Origin: Actinomycetota bacterium | GTDB taxonomy: Bacteria; Actinomycetota; Thermoleophilia; Solirubrobacterales; JACPNS01 | Direction: 5' to 3' | NCBI GenBank assembly: GCA_016213645.1 | Contig: JACQZY010000003.1 | Span: forward strand, 4,749-68,748 | Length of the DNA: 64,000 nt | Shown here: one piece after another, positions 56,069 through 64,000 of the stretch | How positions within the stretch are numbered: the first letter of the stretch is position 1 | Layout: every line of letters begins with the position of its first letter | Notes under the pieces: model-generated | The model's database searches: none | What the model was told of the DNA's origin: nothing | Seen by the model: only the letters and a program-made list of their open reading frames with translations | Program-made: the position numbers and the translations under genes

Positions 56069-56869
56069 CTATCGGAACTGCGTGATCTCGGGGTGGGTTG
56101 CCAACAACGTTTGCGTGAACACGTAGTTGAACGCGAATACGGTGATCAGCGCCATCACAACTGCTTCATTGACGGCCCGCCCGACACCCTCCGCGCCGCC
56201 CTTCGCGCTCATGCCCTTGTAACAGCAGATGATCGAGATGATCGCGCCGAAGATCGTGGTCTTGATTAGCGAGCCCCATAGGTCCGCAACCGATGCATTG
56301 TTGAAAAACGTGGCCCAAAACGGACCCAGTGGCTCATGAAACACGACCGTCGCGACCACACCTCCAGAAACGCCCAGCATAAGCGCGTAGACATTGAACA
56401 ATCCCGTGATCAATATCAGCGCCAGAAACCGCGGTACGACGAGGTTCTTGATCGCGTCCACGCCAAGAACCGCGAGCGCGTCGAGTTCGTCGCGAATCTT
56501 GCGAGCCCCGAGGTCGGCGGTGATCGCCGTGCCTGCCACACCGGCAGTAACGATCGCTGTCACGAAGGGTGCGAACTCACGAATCGAGGCCAGCACAAAG
56601 AATCCGCCGAGTCGATCGACCGTGCCGAACAAACTGGTGACCTGCGCTGCCTGCAAGCCTGGCGCTCCGTAGCCGAAGGCAACCGTCGCCACCATCAACG
56701 GAAACCAGCAGAGCTTCAGAGCAAACAGAAATTGCTGCACAAATTCGCCTCCGTATGGATACGGAGGCTTAAGGGCAGACAAAATCGTCTTGCCGGTCAG
56801 TATCACCATCTCGCCTGTCTCGGCGAGAAACTCCCTCACGCCCTCATAGGCGCGAGACCCGAAATTCAC
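56069..56869 (-). CDS. YrbE/MlaE-type ABC permease (YrbEA position)
   Basis: 266 aa with REFAPFVTAIVTAGVAGTAITADLGARKIRDELDALAVLG. First gene of the mce operon. Confidence 0.9.
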   Translation of the reverse strand: MNFGSRAYEGVREFLAETGEMVILTGKTILSALKPPYPYGGEFVQQFLFALKLCWFPLMVATVAFGYGAPGLQAAQVTSLFGTVDRLGGFFVLASIREFAPFVTAIVTAGVAGTAITADLGARKIRDELDALAVLGVDAIKNLVVPRFLALILITGLFNVYALMLGVSGGVVATVVFHEPLGPFWATFFNNASVADLWGSLIKTTIFGAIISIICCYKGMSAKGGAEGVGRAVNEAVVMALITVFAFNYVFTQTLLATHPEITQFR

Positions 56870-56997
56870 AGCCCCAACCCTTTCGTCATCCTAAACGCAG
56901 AAAGTTCCCCCGGGTTTCCGTGGCAAAGCATACCTTGCGCCCTTTCCCTTCCGGCGGGTGAATCCTGCCGATCGCTTCGAACCGGTCCCATCGGCAT

Positions 56998-57017
56998 TCG
57001 GTCGTTCGAACGACCGA
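56998..57017. promoter_or_regulatory. 20-bp perfect palindrome TCGGTCGTTCGAACGACCGA, a candidate operator in the mce/lipoprotein divergent promoter region
   Basis: The sequence is exactly self-complementary. It lies 129 bp upstream of the yrbEA start and 95 bp upstream of the divergent lipoprotein start. A second TTCGAAC core occurs about 30 bp away in GCTTCGAACCGG. Confidence 0.5.
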
Positions 57018-57111
57018 GCACTCGTGGGAGAACCCTATCGAAAGGTACGAGCGCGATCGGCGCGAAACCCGACTGGTATCGTCACGCCGGTCCAGACGGT
57101 GGAGGAGACCC

Positions 57112-57699
57112 TTGGAAACACACGTCGCCATAGCGGCACGGATTAAGCGATTCACGTTGGCGGCCGCTCTGGCGATCGCTCTCGGCATGCTTGCGGGCGG
57201 ATGCGGCGGAGCGCCGCAGGATAAGAACGAGGCCACGGGCACGTGGAAGGTCGCCATCGAGAAGTGGGTGTTCCCCAAGCGCCAACCGCTCGGCACGCCG
57301 GTCACGATGAAGCTGGTCGTGCGCAATGTCGACACGCGTGAGATGCCGCGCCTGGCAATCACGATCGGTGGCCTGACGATACCGGTGGACCAGCAGCGCG
57401 CCCAAAGCCGCGCTCGTCCGATCTGGGTTCTCAACAACCTTCGCAAGGGCGATCAGACCGCCTATAACGCGCTCAGCAAGCGAACCTTCCTGCTCGGCAG
57501 CCTGGCACCCGGTGAAGCTCGCACATTCGAGTTGCCGCTGACGCCGATCCGGCGCGGCGAGCACGCCGTCAACTACAGCATCGCTCCTGATCTCTACGGC
57601 AAAGGCAAGGCCGAAACCGCCGACGGCAAGGCCGCAACCGGCGTGCGCAGCATCGCGATTGATCCAACGCCGAACTTCGACGAATCGGTCTTCGACTGA
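57112..57699 (+). CDS. Hypothetical lipoprotein (beta-rich)
   Basis: TTG start. The signal and lipobox read FTLAAALAIALGMLAGGCGG. The 195-aa beta-strand-rich body has no recognisable family. Divergent from the mce operon. Confidence 0.6.
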   Translation: METHVAIAARIKRFTLAAALAIALGMLAGGCGGAPQDKNEATGTWKVAIEKWVFPKRQPLGTPVTMKLVVRNVDTREMPRLAITIGGLTIPVDQQRAQSRARPIWVLNNLRKGDQTAYNALSKRTFLLGSLAPGEARTFELPLTPIRRGEHAVNYSIAPDLYGKGKAETADGKAATGVRSIAIDPTPNFDESVFD

Positions 57700-57708
57700 T
57701 TTCGGCCG

Positions 57709-57730
57709 ACCGCGGCCGAGCGGCCGCGGT
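57709..57730. terminator. GC-rich hairpin between convergent genes (possible bidirectional terminator)
   Basis: ACCGCGGCCG-AG-CGGCCGCGGT has 10-nt complementary arms, effectively an 8-bp stem with a 6-nt loop. It is followed by TTTG and lies between the lipoprotein stop (57699) and the korB stop (57794). The U tract is weak. Confidence 0.4.
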
Positions 57731-57793
57731 TTGATGAATCCCGGTTGATGAACCCCGGCGTCCGGTCTTGACCGGCCCGCCGGCGCCCGCCCG

Positions 57794-58666
57794 CTACGCC
57801 GCGGCTTTGATGTTCAGCGCGTAACCATCGAGCAGGCCGTCGACCGTCTGCGGCTCGGCGGCCTTCTTCAACGCGTCGTGCTGATCCACCATCGACGGAC
57901 GCGCGTTCTCGTAGTACACGCCCAGCGTCAGCGGATCCTCAAGCGCCCGCGCAAACGCCGCCGCGCGGTCGGTCGAGTCGTGATCCTCCGGCAGGTACTT
58001 GACCCCGTCCTTCCAGATCTGCGTCGTGTTGTTGAAAGATGTGCATGGCGAGTACGCGTCGATGAAGCTGAAGCCCTTGTTCTGGATGCCGGCCTTGATC
58101 AACTCGGTCAGCTCCTTCGCGCGAAAAGAAGCCCCGCGCGCCACAAACGAGGCGTCGGCGGCGATCGCCGTGGCCATCGTGTTGAGTGGATACTCGGTGT
58201 TGCCAAAAGGCGAGCTGGGCGACTTCTGGTCGTGCAGCGAGGTCGGCGAAACCTGGCCCTTGGTGAGGCCGTAGATCTGGTTGTCCATCACAACGTAGGT
58301 GATGTCGACATTGCGGCGCGCGGCGTGCGGAAAGTGCCCTCCGCCGATCGCGAAGCCGTCGCCGTCGCCGCCGACCGCAATCACCTCAAGGTCGGGGTTG
58401 GCCATCTTCACGCCCATCGCCGTGGGCAGCGCGCGGCCGTGAACGCTGTGGTAGCCGTAGCTGTTGACGAATCCCGGGAAACGGCCGGAGCAGCCGATGC
58501 CCGACACGATCACGGTGTTGTCCGGGTCCAGGCCAAGCTCGGCGAAGGCGCGGTAGGTCGCTGCCAGCACGCCGTAATCGCCGCAGCCGGGGCACCAGAT
58601 CGGCTTGAGGTCGCTCTTGAAGTCCTTGGCGTCTCTTTGAATTGTCTCGGGCATGATTGTGTGCAC
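57794..58666 (-). CDS. korB: 2-oxoacid (2-oxoglutarate):ferredoxin oxidoreductase, beta subunit
   Basis: 290 aa with N-terminal WCPGCGDYG and the TPP-binding block VIAVGGDGDGFAIGGGHFPHAARRNVDITYVVMDNQIYGLTKGQ. Confidence 0.9.
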   Translation of the reverse strand: MHTIMPETIQRDAKDFKSDLKPIWCPGCGDYGVLAATYRAFAELGLDPDNTVIVSGIGCSGRFPGFVNSYGYHSVHGRALPTAMGVKMANPDLEVIAVGGDGDGFAIGGGHFPHAARRNVDITYVVMDNQIYGLTKGQVSPTSLHDQKSPSSPFGNTEYPLNTMATAIAADASFVARGASFRAKELTELIKAGIQNKGFSFIDAYSPCTSFNNTTQIWKDGVKYLPEDHDSTDRAAAFARALEDPLTLGVYYENARPSMVDQHDALKKAAEPQTVDGLLDGYALNIKAAA

Positions 58667-58700
58667 TCTCCTAGTCGCGCGTCGGCGCGTGAGTTCGTTG

Positions 58701-60449
58701 CTAGACGGCCGCGCCGGCGGCCGTCTTGACGTTTGCTGTGATGAAGTCTGCGATCTGCCTGGCCGTGAACGGGTGCCCGGTGATCTGGTTGAACTGGATC
58801 AACGGGATCTCGCAGTCGGCGCGCACCATCCGCGCGAACTGACCCGTGTAGTTGACCTCCGGCACGACGATTGCATCCATGCCGGCGGCCCAGGCCTTGA
58901 TGCGCTCGACCGGCAACGGCGCGAGCACTCGCGGGTAGAACGTGGCGGCGCTGACACCCTGAGCCGTGAGAATTTCCGCCGCCTCGACCGCCGCGCCCTC
59001 GGTGGAACCCCAGCCGAGAATGCCGATCGTGGCCTTCTCCGGCCCGGTCGTGGTGACGCGTGCGTTCGCCGCAAGCGGATCGAGTTTCTTGAATCGTTTG
59101 TCCTGCATCGCCTGGTGCACCTCGGCGGTGTATGACGGGTGGCCCTGTTCGTCGTGCTCGATGCCGGTCGAGACATAGGCGCCCGGCGTGCCGGGGATCG
59201 GCATCGGTGAGATGCCGCTGGGTTCAAGCTTGTAACGCGGAAAGGCACTGGCCGGGGATCCGTTCTGCGATCCGGGGTCGGCGACCGTCAGGCGGTCCTC
59301 CACTTCGATCCGCGAGAGGTCCGGCCGGTCCACCGTCTCCAGGCGGTGTGAGAGCGACTGATCCGACAGCAGGATCACCGGGGTCTGGTAGGTCTCGGCG
59401 ATGTTGAAGGCGTCCACGGCGCATTGCAGGCAGTCGTCAACGGTCGTCGGGGCGATCACCACGCGGGGGGCCTCGCCGTGGGACCCGTAGGCGGCCTGAT
59501 TGAGGTCTGACTGTTCCGTCTTGGTCGGCATGCCGGTGGACGGTCCGGCGCGCATCGCGTCAATGATCACCGACGGGATTTCAGCCGTGCCGCCCAGTCC
59601 GATCAGTTCGCTCATCAGCGAGAGCCCGGGACCCGACGTGGCCGTCATCGCCTTGGCGCCCGCATATCCGGCGCCCAGCACGCTGGCCATCGCGGAGATT
59701 TCGTCTTCTGTCTGGATCGCGACGCCGCCGAAGCGCGAGATGCGCGCGGCCAAGCTCTCCAGAATGTCCGAGGCCGGAGTGATCGGGTAACCGGCGAAGT
59801 AGTTGAGACCGGCATGCAGCGCGCCGGCGACGATCGCCTGGTTGCCGGAAAGCAGAATGCGCTCACGCTCGGCCGGCCCGGGCTTGTCGACGTTGCAGAC
59901 GTTCGGCAGGTTTTCGCGGGCGTTTTTTTCACCGGCCTTGAGCGAAGCGATGTTGGCCTCGCCGACGTCGCCCTTGTGCGCGTAGCGCTGCAGGATCAGC
60001 TGCTCGATCTCGGCGGTGTCGATGTCCAGCAGACCGCAGACGGTGCCGACGACCACCATGTTCTTGCCACGGCGGCTGCCGCTGACTTCTTCGGCGATCT
60101 GGCTGAAGGCGACCTCGAACGATCGACCGGCGAACTCTTCGGAGACCTTGCACGACTCGGCGTCGGCAATCACGATGCCCTCGTCGCCGACTGTCGCGTG
60201 CTGTAGCTCGAAGCCTTCTTGGTTAAAGCAGATCAGGAGGTCCGTCTGGTTGCCGATCGACTTAATGCGTTCGGCGCCGATGCGCACCTGAAACATGCAG
60301 GGACCGCCCTTGATCTCGGCGGGGTAGGTGCGGAAGGTCAGCGCCCAGTAGCCGGCGCGCCCGGCTCCAGAGGTGAGAATGTCACCTCCTGAAATAACAC
60401 CTTCGCCGGACTCTCCGGCGAGCTGAAGGGTGATGTCAGGAAGTGCCAT
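58701..60449 (-). CDS. korA: 2-oxoacid (2-oxoglutarate):ferredoxin oxidoreductase, alpha subunit
   Basis: 582 aa, with a fused gamma-like N-terminal domain plus the alpha domain (GYPITPASDILE .. ATSGPGLSLMSE). AAGGAG SD 5 nt before the ATG. Confidence 0.9.
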   Translation of the reverse strand: MALPDITLQLAGESGEGVISGGDILTSGAGRAGYWALTFRTYPAEIKGGPCMFQVRIGAERIKSIGNQTDLLICFNQEGFELQHATVGDEGIVIADAESCKVSEEFAGRSFEVAFSQIAEEVSGSRRGKNMVVVGTVCGLLDIDTAEIEQLILQRYAHKGDVGEANIASLKAGEKNARENLPNVCNVDKPGPAERERILLSGNQAIVAGALHAGLNYFAGYPITPASDILESLAARISRFGGVAIQTEDEISAMASVLGAGYAGAKAMTATSGPGLSLMSELIGLGGTAEIPSVIIDAMRAGPSTGMPTKTEQSDLNQAAYGSHGEAPRVVIAPTTVDDCLQCAVDAFNIAETYQTPVILLSDQSLSHRLETVDRPDLSRIEVEDRLTVADPGSQNGSPASAFPRYKLEPSGISPMPIPGTPGAYVSTGIEHDEQGHPSYTAEVHQAMQDKRFKKLDPLAANARVTTTGPEKATIGILGWGSTEGAAVEAAEILTAQGVSAATFYPRVLAPLPVERIKAWAAGMDAIVVPEVNYTGQFARMVRADCEIPLIQFNQITGHPFTARQIADFITANVKTAAGAAV

Positions 60450-60789
60450 CCGGACTCCTTAATTATTGGTCGCCTAGCGCCCTTCCAAGGGCTGAGCGAA
60501 AGAGGTTTACGTGGGGAAGTGTGTGGGGAGAAGTTTTTTCCATCAACACTGTGTCTGCAAATGAATATAGCGTCCGCCAAATCGCGCTTTTCCGCTGTTT
60601 GATCGGCATTGCGAAGCTTTGCGTGAGCGGCTGAACGGGGGTTTACCGAGAAGTGAGGAACCAACCGGTTGAATCGTGTGGAGCGTGCGCCGTCGCGAGA
60701 CGACCACGCAAGGCGAGCCCCGGACCGGGATGGCATCTGCTGCCGGGCGGTCCAGGACTCGCGTGAGATGACTCTCGGCGCGGGTGGCG

Positions 60790-61164
60790 TCAGACTCCGG
60801 TCGGGATCTCCTCGGCCTCATGCGACTGCAACACCGTTTCGCCGCGCTCGCCGGTGCGAATGCGAATCGCATCCGCCACGTCGATCACGAAGATCTTTCC
60901 GTCGCCGACCTCACCGGTGCGCGCGTACTTGAGGATCGCGTCGGTAACCGTGTCGGCGTCGGCGTCGTCCACGACGCATTCGATCTTCAGCTTCGGCCGC
61001 AGATGGATCACCAGTTCGGCGCCGCGGTAGGACTCCGTGATGCCCTTTTGGCGGCCCGAGCCTTTGACGTCGGTGATCGACAGGCTCGGGATGCCGGCAT
61101 CCAGCAATTCCTTGCGGATTCCGTCGAACGCCTCGTGGCGAATATATGCCTCGATTTTTTTCAT
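60790..61164 (-). CDS. glnK: P-II nitrogen regulatory protein
   Basis: MKKIEAYIRHEAFDGIRKEL.., a T-loop with Tyr (GRQKGITESYRGAE), and TGEVGDGKIFV. About 12 extra C-terminal residues. Located 15 nt downstream of amtB. Confidence 0.9.
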   Translation of the reverse strand: MKKIEAYIRHEAFDGIRKELLDAGIPSLSITDVKGSGRQKGITESYRGAELVIHLRPKLKIECVVDDADADTVTDAILKYARTGEVGDGKIFVIDVADAIRIRTGERGETVLQSHEAEEIPTGV

Positions 61165-61179
61165 CGGTGGCTCGCTTTC

Positions 61180-62673
61180 TTAGGCCGGTGAGCCGACGGG
61201 CGTGCCGCCGGGTTTGCGGTTGACACTTGCGCCCGACAACGCCACCGAGGCGTGAGACGGCGAACCGGGAAGGCCGCTGCCGACAAGCTCGGAGGACGGG
61301 ATGAACTGCTCGGGGTAGCCGTACATGCCGTGCTCGACGATGTCGAGACCGGCGTCTTCCTCGGCGGCAGACACGCGCATTCCGTAGGTGGCCTTGATCG
61401 CGGCGAAAGTGATCAGCGAGCTGACCAGCACGAAGCCGAACACCACGACCACGCCAAGCGCCTGCACGCCGAGCTGGTGAAAACTGCCCGTGTAGACCAG
61501 GCCCGCCTTGCCGAACGCGTTGTACGCGGCCAGATCCGGATGCGTGAAGATGCCACAGGAGAGCGTGCCCCAGATACCTGCCAGGCCGTGCGCCGAGAGC
61601 GCACCGACCGGGTCGTCGATCTTTTTGTCGATCATGATCACGCCGACGACCACGACGATCCCGGCCACGAGACCGATCGGCAGCGCGGCCCACGGCTCCA
61701 CGTAACCCGAAGGCGCCGTGATCGCGACCAGTCCGGCGATCAGGCCGTTGCCGACCATGCCGATGTCGATCGTCTTCTGCACGACGCGGCTTGTGATCGC
61801 CGCGCCCAGGACGCCGGCCGCCGCGCCAAGAAGCGTGACAAGCGCGACTTCCGGAAAGCGGCCGTCAAGCGCGCCGAGCGTGGAGCCCGGGTTGAATCCG
61901 AACCAGCCGACCAGCAGAATCAAACAGGCCAGGCCAAACAGCGGCATGTTGTGACCGGGGATCGCCTGCGGCTTGCCATTGACGTACTTGCCGCGCCTGG
62001 CCCCCAGCATCAGCACCGCGGCCAGGCCGCCGGTCGCGCCGATCAGGTGCACGGCCGTGGAACCGGCGAAGTCCTGCATGCCGAGATTGGCCTGCAGCCA
62101 GCCGCCGCCGAAGACCCAGTGCGAGCCGATCGGGTAGATGAAAGCGGCGAAAATGATGCCGTAGATGATGTAGACGCCGAACTTGATGCGCTCGATCGTT
62201 GTGCCCCAGACGATCGCCAGCGAAACCGCGCAGAAGGCGAACTGGAACAGCCACTTCGCCTCGATCGTGGCGTCGGACAGGCCCATCACTGAAAAGGCCT
62301 TCAGCGGATCGCCGAAGCCGCGCAGCATGAACCCGGTGTCGCCGATGATCTCGCCCGGGCCAAATGCAAACGCGAATCCGACCGCCCAGTAGGCAATCGC
62401 CGCGATCGAGAAGTTCGTCAGGATCTTGGCGACGATCGTGCCGGCGTTCTTGCCACGCGAAAAGCCGATTTCCAGAAACGCGAAACCAGCCTGCATAAAG
62501 ATGACCAGCACGGCCGCGACCACCACCCACAGGCTGTTGATGCCCACGCTCAGCTGGTCGCTTTCTGAAACTGAAGGCACAAGATGCTCGGTGCCGGCAA
62601 AACTCGTCGCCGGCAGCATCAGCGCCAACAGTGCGGCCAAGCCGAGGCCGCCCAGTAAGGACTTTGATCTCAT
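61180..62673 (-). CDS. amtB: Ammonium transporter (Amt family)
   Basis: ATG 62673 gives the signal MRSKSLLGGLGLAALLALMLPATSFAG, followed by 11 TM segments. Amt blocks: FAGSTAVHLIGATGGLAAVLMLGAR .. LGWFGFNPGS .. HGLAGIWGTL. Cytoplasmic C-terminal tail. Confidence 0.9.
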   Translation of the reverse strand: MRSKSLLGGLGLAALLALMLPATSFAGTEHLVPSVSESDQLSVGINSLWVVVAAVLVIFMQAGFAFLEIGFSRGKNAGTIVAKILTNFSIAAIAYWAVGFAFAFGPGEIIGDTGFMLRGFGDPLKAFSVMGLSDATIEAKWLFQFAFCAVSLAIVWGTTIERIKFGVYIIYGIIFAAFIYPIGSHWVFGGGWLQANLGMQDFAGSTAVHLIGATGGLAAVLMLGARRGKYVNGKPQAIPGHNMPLFGLACLILLVGWFGFNPGSTLGALDGRFPEVALVTLLGAAAGVLGAAITSRVVQKTIDIGMVGNGLIAGLVAITAPSGYVEPWAALPIGLVAGIVVVVGVIMIDKKIDDPVGALSAHGLAGIWGTLSCGIFTHPDLAAYNAFGKAGLVYTGSFHQLGVQALGVVVVFGFVLVSSLITFAAIKATYGMRVSAAEEDAGLDIVEHGMYGYPEQFIPSSELVGSGLPGSPSHASVALSGASVNRKPGGTPVGSPA

Positions 62674-62764
62674 GATGTGCAGATGCCCCTTTCGTAGTTG
62701 AACTTGGCCGCCGAGGGCTTCGGCGTGCGGCGTATGCGCGTTGCTGATTCGCCGCAAGTCCAAA

Positions 62765-62820
62765 GTACGTATGTAGGGGTGCCGGTCTCTTGTACGTATG
62801 GCGAAAGATCGTTTGTACGT
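62765..62820. promoter_or_regulatory. Three direct repeats of a GTACGT core upstream of amtB-glnK (candidate regulator sites)
   Basis: AAGTACGTATGTAG (core 62765-62770), TTGTACGTATGGCG (core 62792-62797) and TTGTACGTTTTGGA (core 62815-62820). Core spacings are 27 and 23 bp. The sites lie 92-147 bp upstream of the amtB ATG. Confidence 0.35.
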
Positions 62821-62830
62821 TTTGGACAGA

Positions 62831-62853
62831 CGGTTTTCAGCAGGCGAAAACCG
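62831..62853 (-). terminator. Hairpin downstream of metH (candidate terminator)
   Basis: CGGTTTTC-AGCAGGC-GAAAACCG forms an 8-bp stem with a 7-nt loop, about 70 nt after the metH stop. There is no clean U tract after it on the minus strand. Confidence 0.3.
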
Positions 62854-62922
62854 GCTGATTTACACGAGAGACTGCTCTACGGGGCGCCGCGGCGGAGACT
62901 GGCCGCCGTGACGGCGCGCCGC

Positions 62923-64000
62923 CTATCCGCCGATCTCGGCCTCGATGGCTGCCGTACGCGGCTCGTCCGCGAGGCCGGCGCCGCGCACTGCCGGGTCGCG
63001 TTCGGTGCCGGCGATCAACTGGTCGGGCATCGACACGCCGGGCTTGGGCAGGAAGCCACTGCGCATGCCGTAGTAGACGGCCTGTGGGTGGTAGGCAACC
63101 ACCGCCAACGTGGACTGCTCGGGCGCGACCGCGAAGCCGCCGCTCAGCGCAAGCCCGATCGACGGCGCGTCGAGCAGTCGGAAAACCTTCTCGTGCTCGC
63201 TTTGCTCGGGTACGGCGGGGTACCCCCATGAGTAGCGGCGGCCCTGAGCCGCGCCCACGCCAAGATCCGAACGCACCCGCGCGTGCAGCCATTCGGCCAT
63301 CGCCTCGGCGGTCTGCACGCCGATGCCGTGCACATAGAGCTGCTCGGCAAACTCGCCCTCCACCTCCAGCTGCTCCATCAGTTGCGTCACTTCGTCGCCG
63401 GCAGTCACGGCCTGCAGCGCCACGACGTCCAGTTTGCCCGGGTCGATCTCGCCGTCGTCGCTGCCGTCCACGGTAACCGCGGAACGCGGGCGGTAGAAGT
63501 CCGCCAGCGAGATGCGGTCGTGTCGCGGCTGGCGCGGGCAGTAAAGCCGTTCAAGCTCTGTCCGGCGATCGTCGGGGTCGAGCACAACGATCTGGTTGCC
63601 CTCCGAATAACACGGGAAAAACCCGAGCACCGCGCGAGGCCGCAGATATCCGTCGTCGGCCGTGCCTTCGCGCCACATCCGCTCCAGCCGCGGCTGAAAA
63701 TCGTCGCGCAGCAGGCGATCGAATTCCGCCTTTTCCATACCGCGCGCGGCCCAGTGAAGTTTGTATAGAACATGCGTGTCGATGTGGTGGTACACCTCGT
63801 CCATCGGCACCTCGATCTCGCGTGCGCCCCAAAACGGCGGCTGCGGCACATCGCCGTCAAAAACCACCGCCGAACGCACGGAGTCGTCGGTCACGAGCGG
63901 CGCGTCGTCCACCACCTCGACGACCTCGCGCAGCGCGGCGGCTTCGGTCAGTACATGTTCCACCAGCGCGCCCCGCTGGTCGGCCTCGACCAGCTTGTCC
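62923..64000 (-). CDS. metH: Cobalamin-dependent methionine synthase, C-terminal (AdoMet-binding reactivation) domain; 5' part lies outside the window
   Basis: The frame is open through position 64000 (..DKLVEADQRGALVEHVLTEAA..). Activation-domain blocks: PPFWGAREI..VYHHIDTHVLYKLHW, LRPRAVLGFFPC, ISLADFY, RRYSWGYPAVPEQSEHEKVFRLLDA..IGLALSGGFAVAPEQSTLAVVAYHPQAVYY. Confidence 0.85.
   Translation of the reverse strand, partial: DKLVEADQRGALVEHVLTEAAALREVVEVVDDAPLVTDDSVRSAVVFDGDVPQPPFWGAREIEVPMDEVYHHIDTHVLYKLHWAARGMEKAEFDRLLRDDFQPRLERMWREGTADDGYLRPRAVLGFFPCYSEGNQIVVLDPDDRRTELERLYCPRQPRHDRISLADFYRPRSAVTVDGSDDGEIDPGKLDVVALQAVTAGDEVTQLMEQLEVEGEFAEQLYVHGIGVQTAEAMAEWLHARVRSDLGVGAAQGRRYSWGYPAVPEQSEHEKVFRLLDAPSIGLALSGGFAVAPEQSTLAVVAYHPQAVYYGMRSGFLPKPGVSMPDQLIAGTERDPAVRGAGLADEPRTAAIEAEIGG

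Noticed and set aside
1-64000. Search for tRNA/rRNA genes, transposases, integrases, phage genes, toxin-antitoxin pairs or known defence-system signatures
   Set aside because: I saw no T-loop/acceptor-type tRNA structure, no rRNA-like sequence, no DDE or tyrosine-recombinase-like ORF, and no flanking direct repeats. The window looks like core chromosome rather than a mobile island.

Overview
High-GC, densely coded chromosomal window, mostly minus-strand genes. The gene content points to Actinomycetota: mIHF-type IHF, InhA-type FabI, Mce and MMPL proteins, PadR, amtB-glnK. I found no rRNA, tRNA, CRISPR, transposase or integrase.

Layout from left to right:
- 1-3.4 kb: RNase R-like fragment, S41 peptidase, ftsX, ftsE.
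- 3.7-8.6 kb: complete FAS-II operon fabD-fabH-fabG-acpP-fabF-fabI.
- 9.7-12 kb: three-domain murein hydrolase behind a long leader.
- 12-20.6 kb: MFS transporter, K+ channel, Sir2, fused FadB-like enzyme, PadR, acyl-CoA dehydrogenase.
- 20.7-25.5 kb: envelope cluster of CAX antiporter, two LolA/LppX-like proteins and a C5-epimerase-like protein.
- 25.6-28.9 kb: ArsA/Get3-like ATPase operon.
- 28.9-33.4 kb: TetR plus membrane protein, divergent from a MoxR/CoxD-VWA/CoxE pair.
- 33.4-36.4 kb: TPP riboswitch controlling a thiZXY-type ABC importer.
- 37-39.5 kb: back-to-back acyltransferase and alpha-oxoamine synthase pair.
- 40-41 kb: mIHF-like gene and a VOC enzyme.
- 41.6-56.9 kb: a roughly 15-kb operon yrbEA-yrbEB-mkl-mce x6 that continues into an RND/MMPL exporter, a CXXC-less thioredoxin-fold protein and a membrane protein.
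- 57.8-64 kb: korAB, amtB-glnK and the 3' part of metH.

The most unusual items are the Mce-MMPL composite operon with a 20-bp perfect palindrome in its promoter region, the tri-domain hydrolase with a possible c-di-AMP-type leader, three evenly spaced 25-bp palindromes between fabI and ftsE, an in-frame 18-bp tandem repeat ahead of the FadB-like gene, and the acyltransferase/oxoamine-synthase pair.

All calls come from reading the ORF translations and the DNA by eye. No searches were run. The ORF track renders GTG/TTG starts as M and always takes the longest ORF, so several starts are re-placed here.
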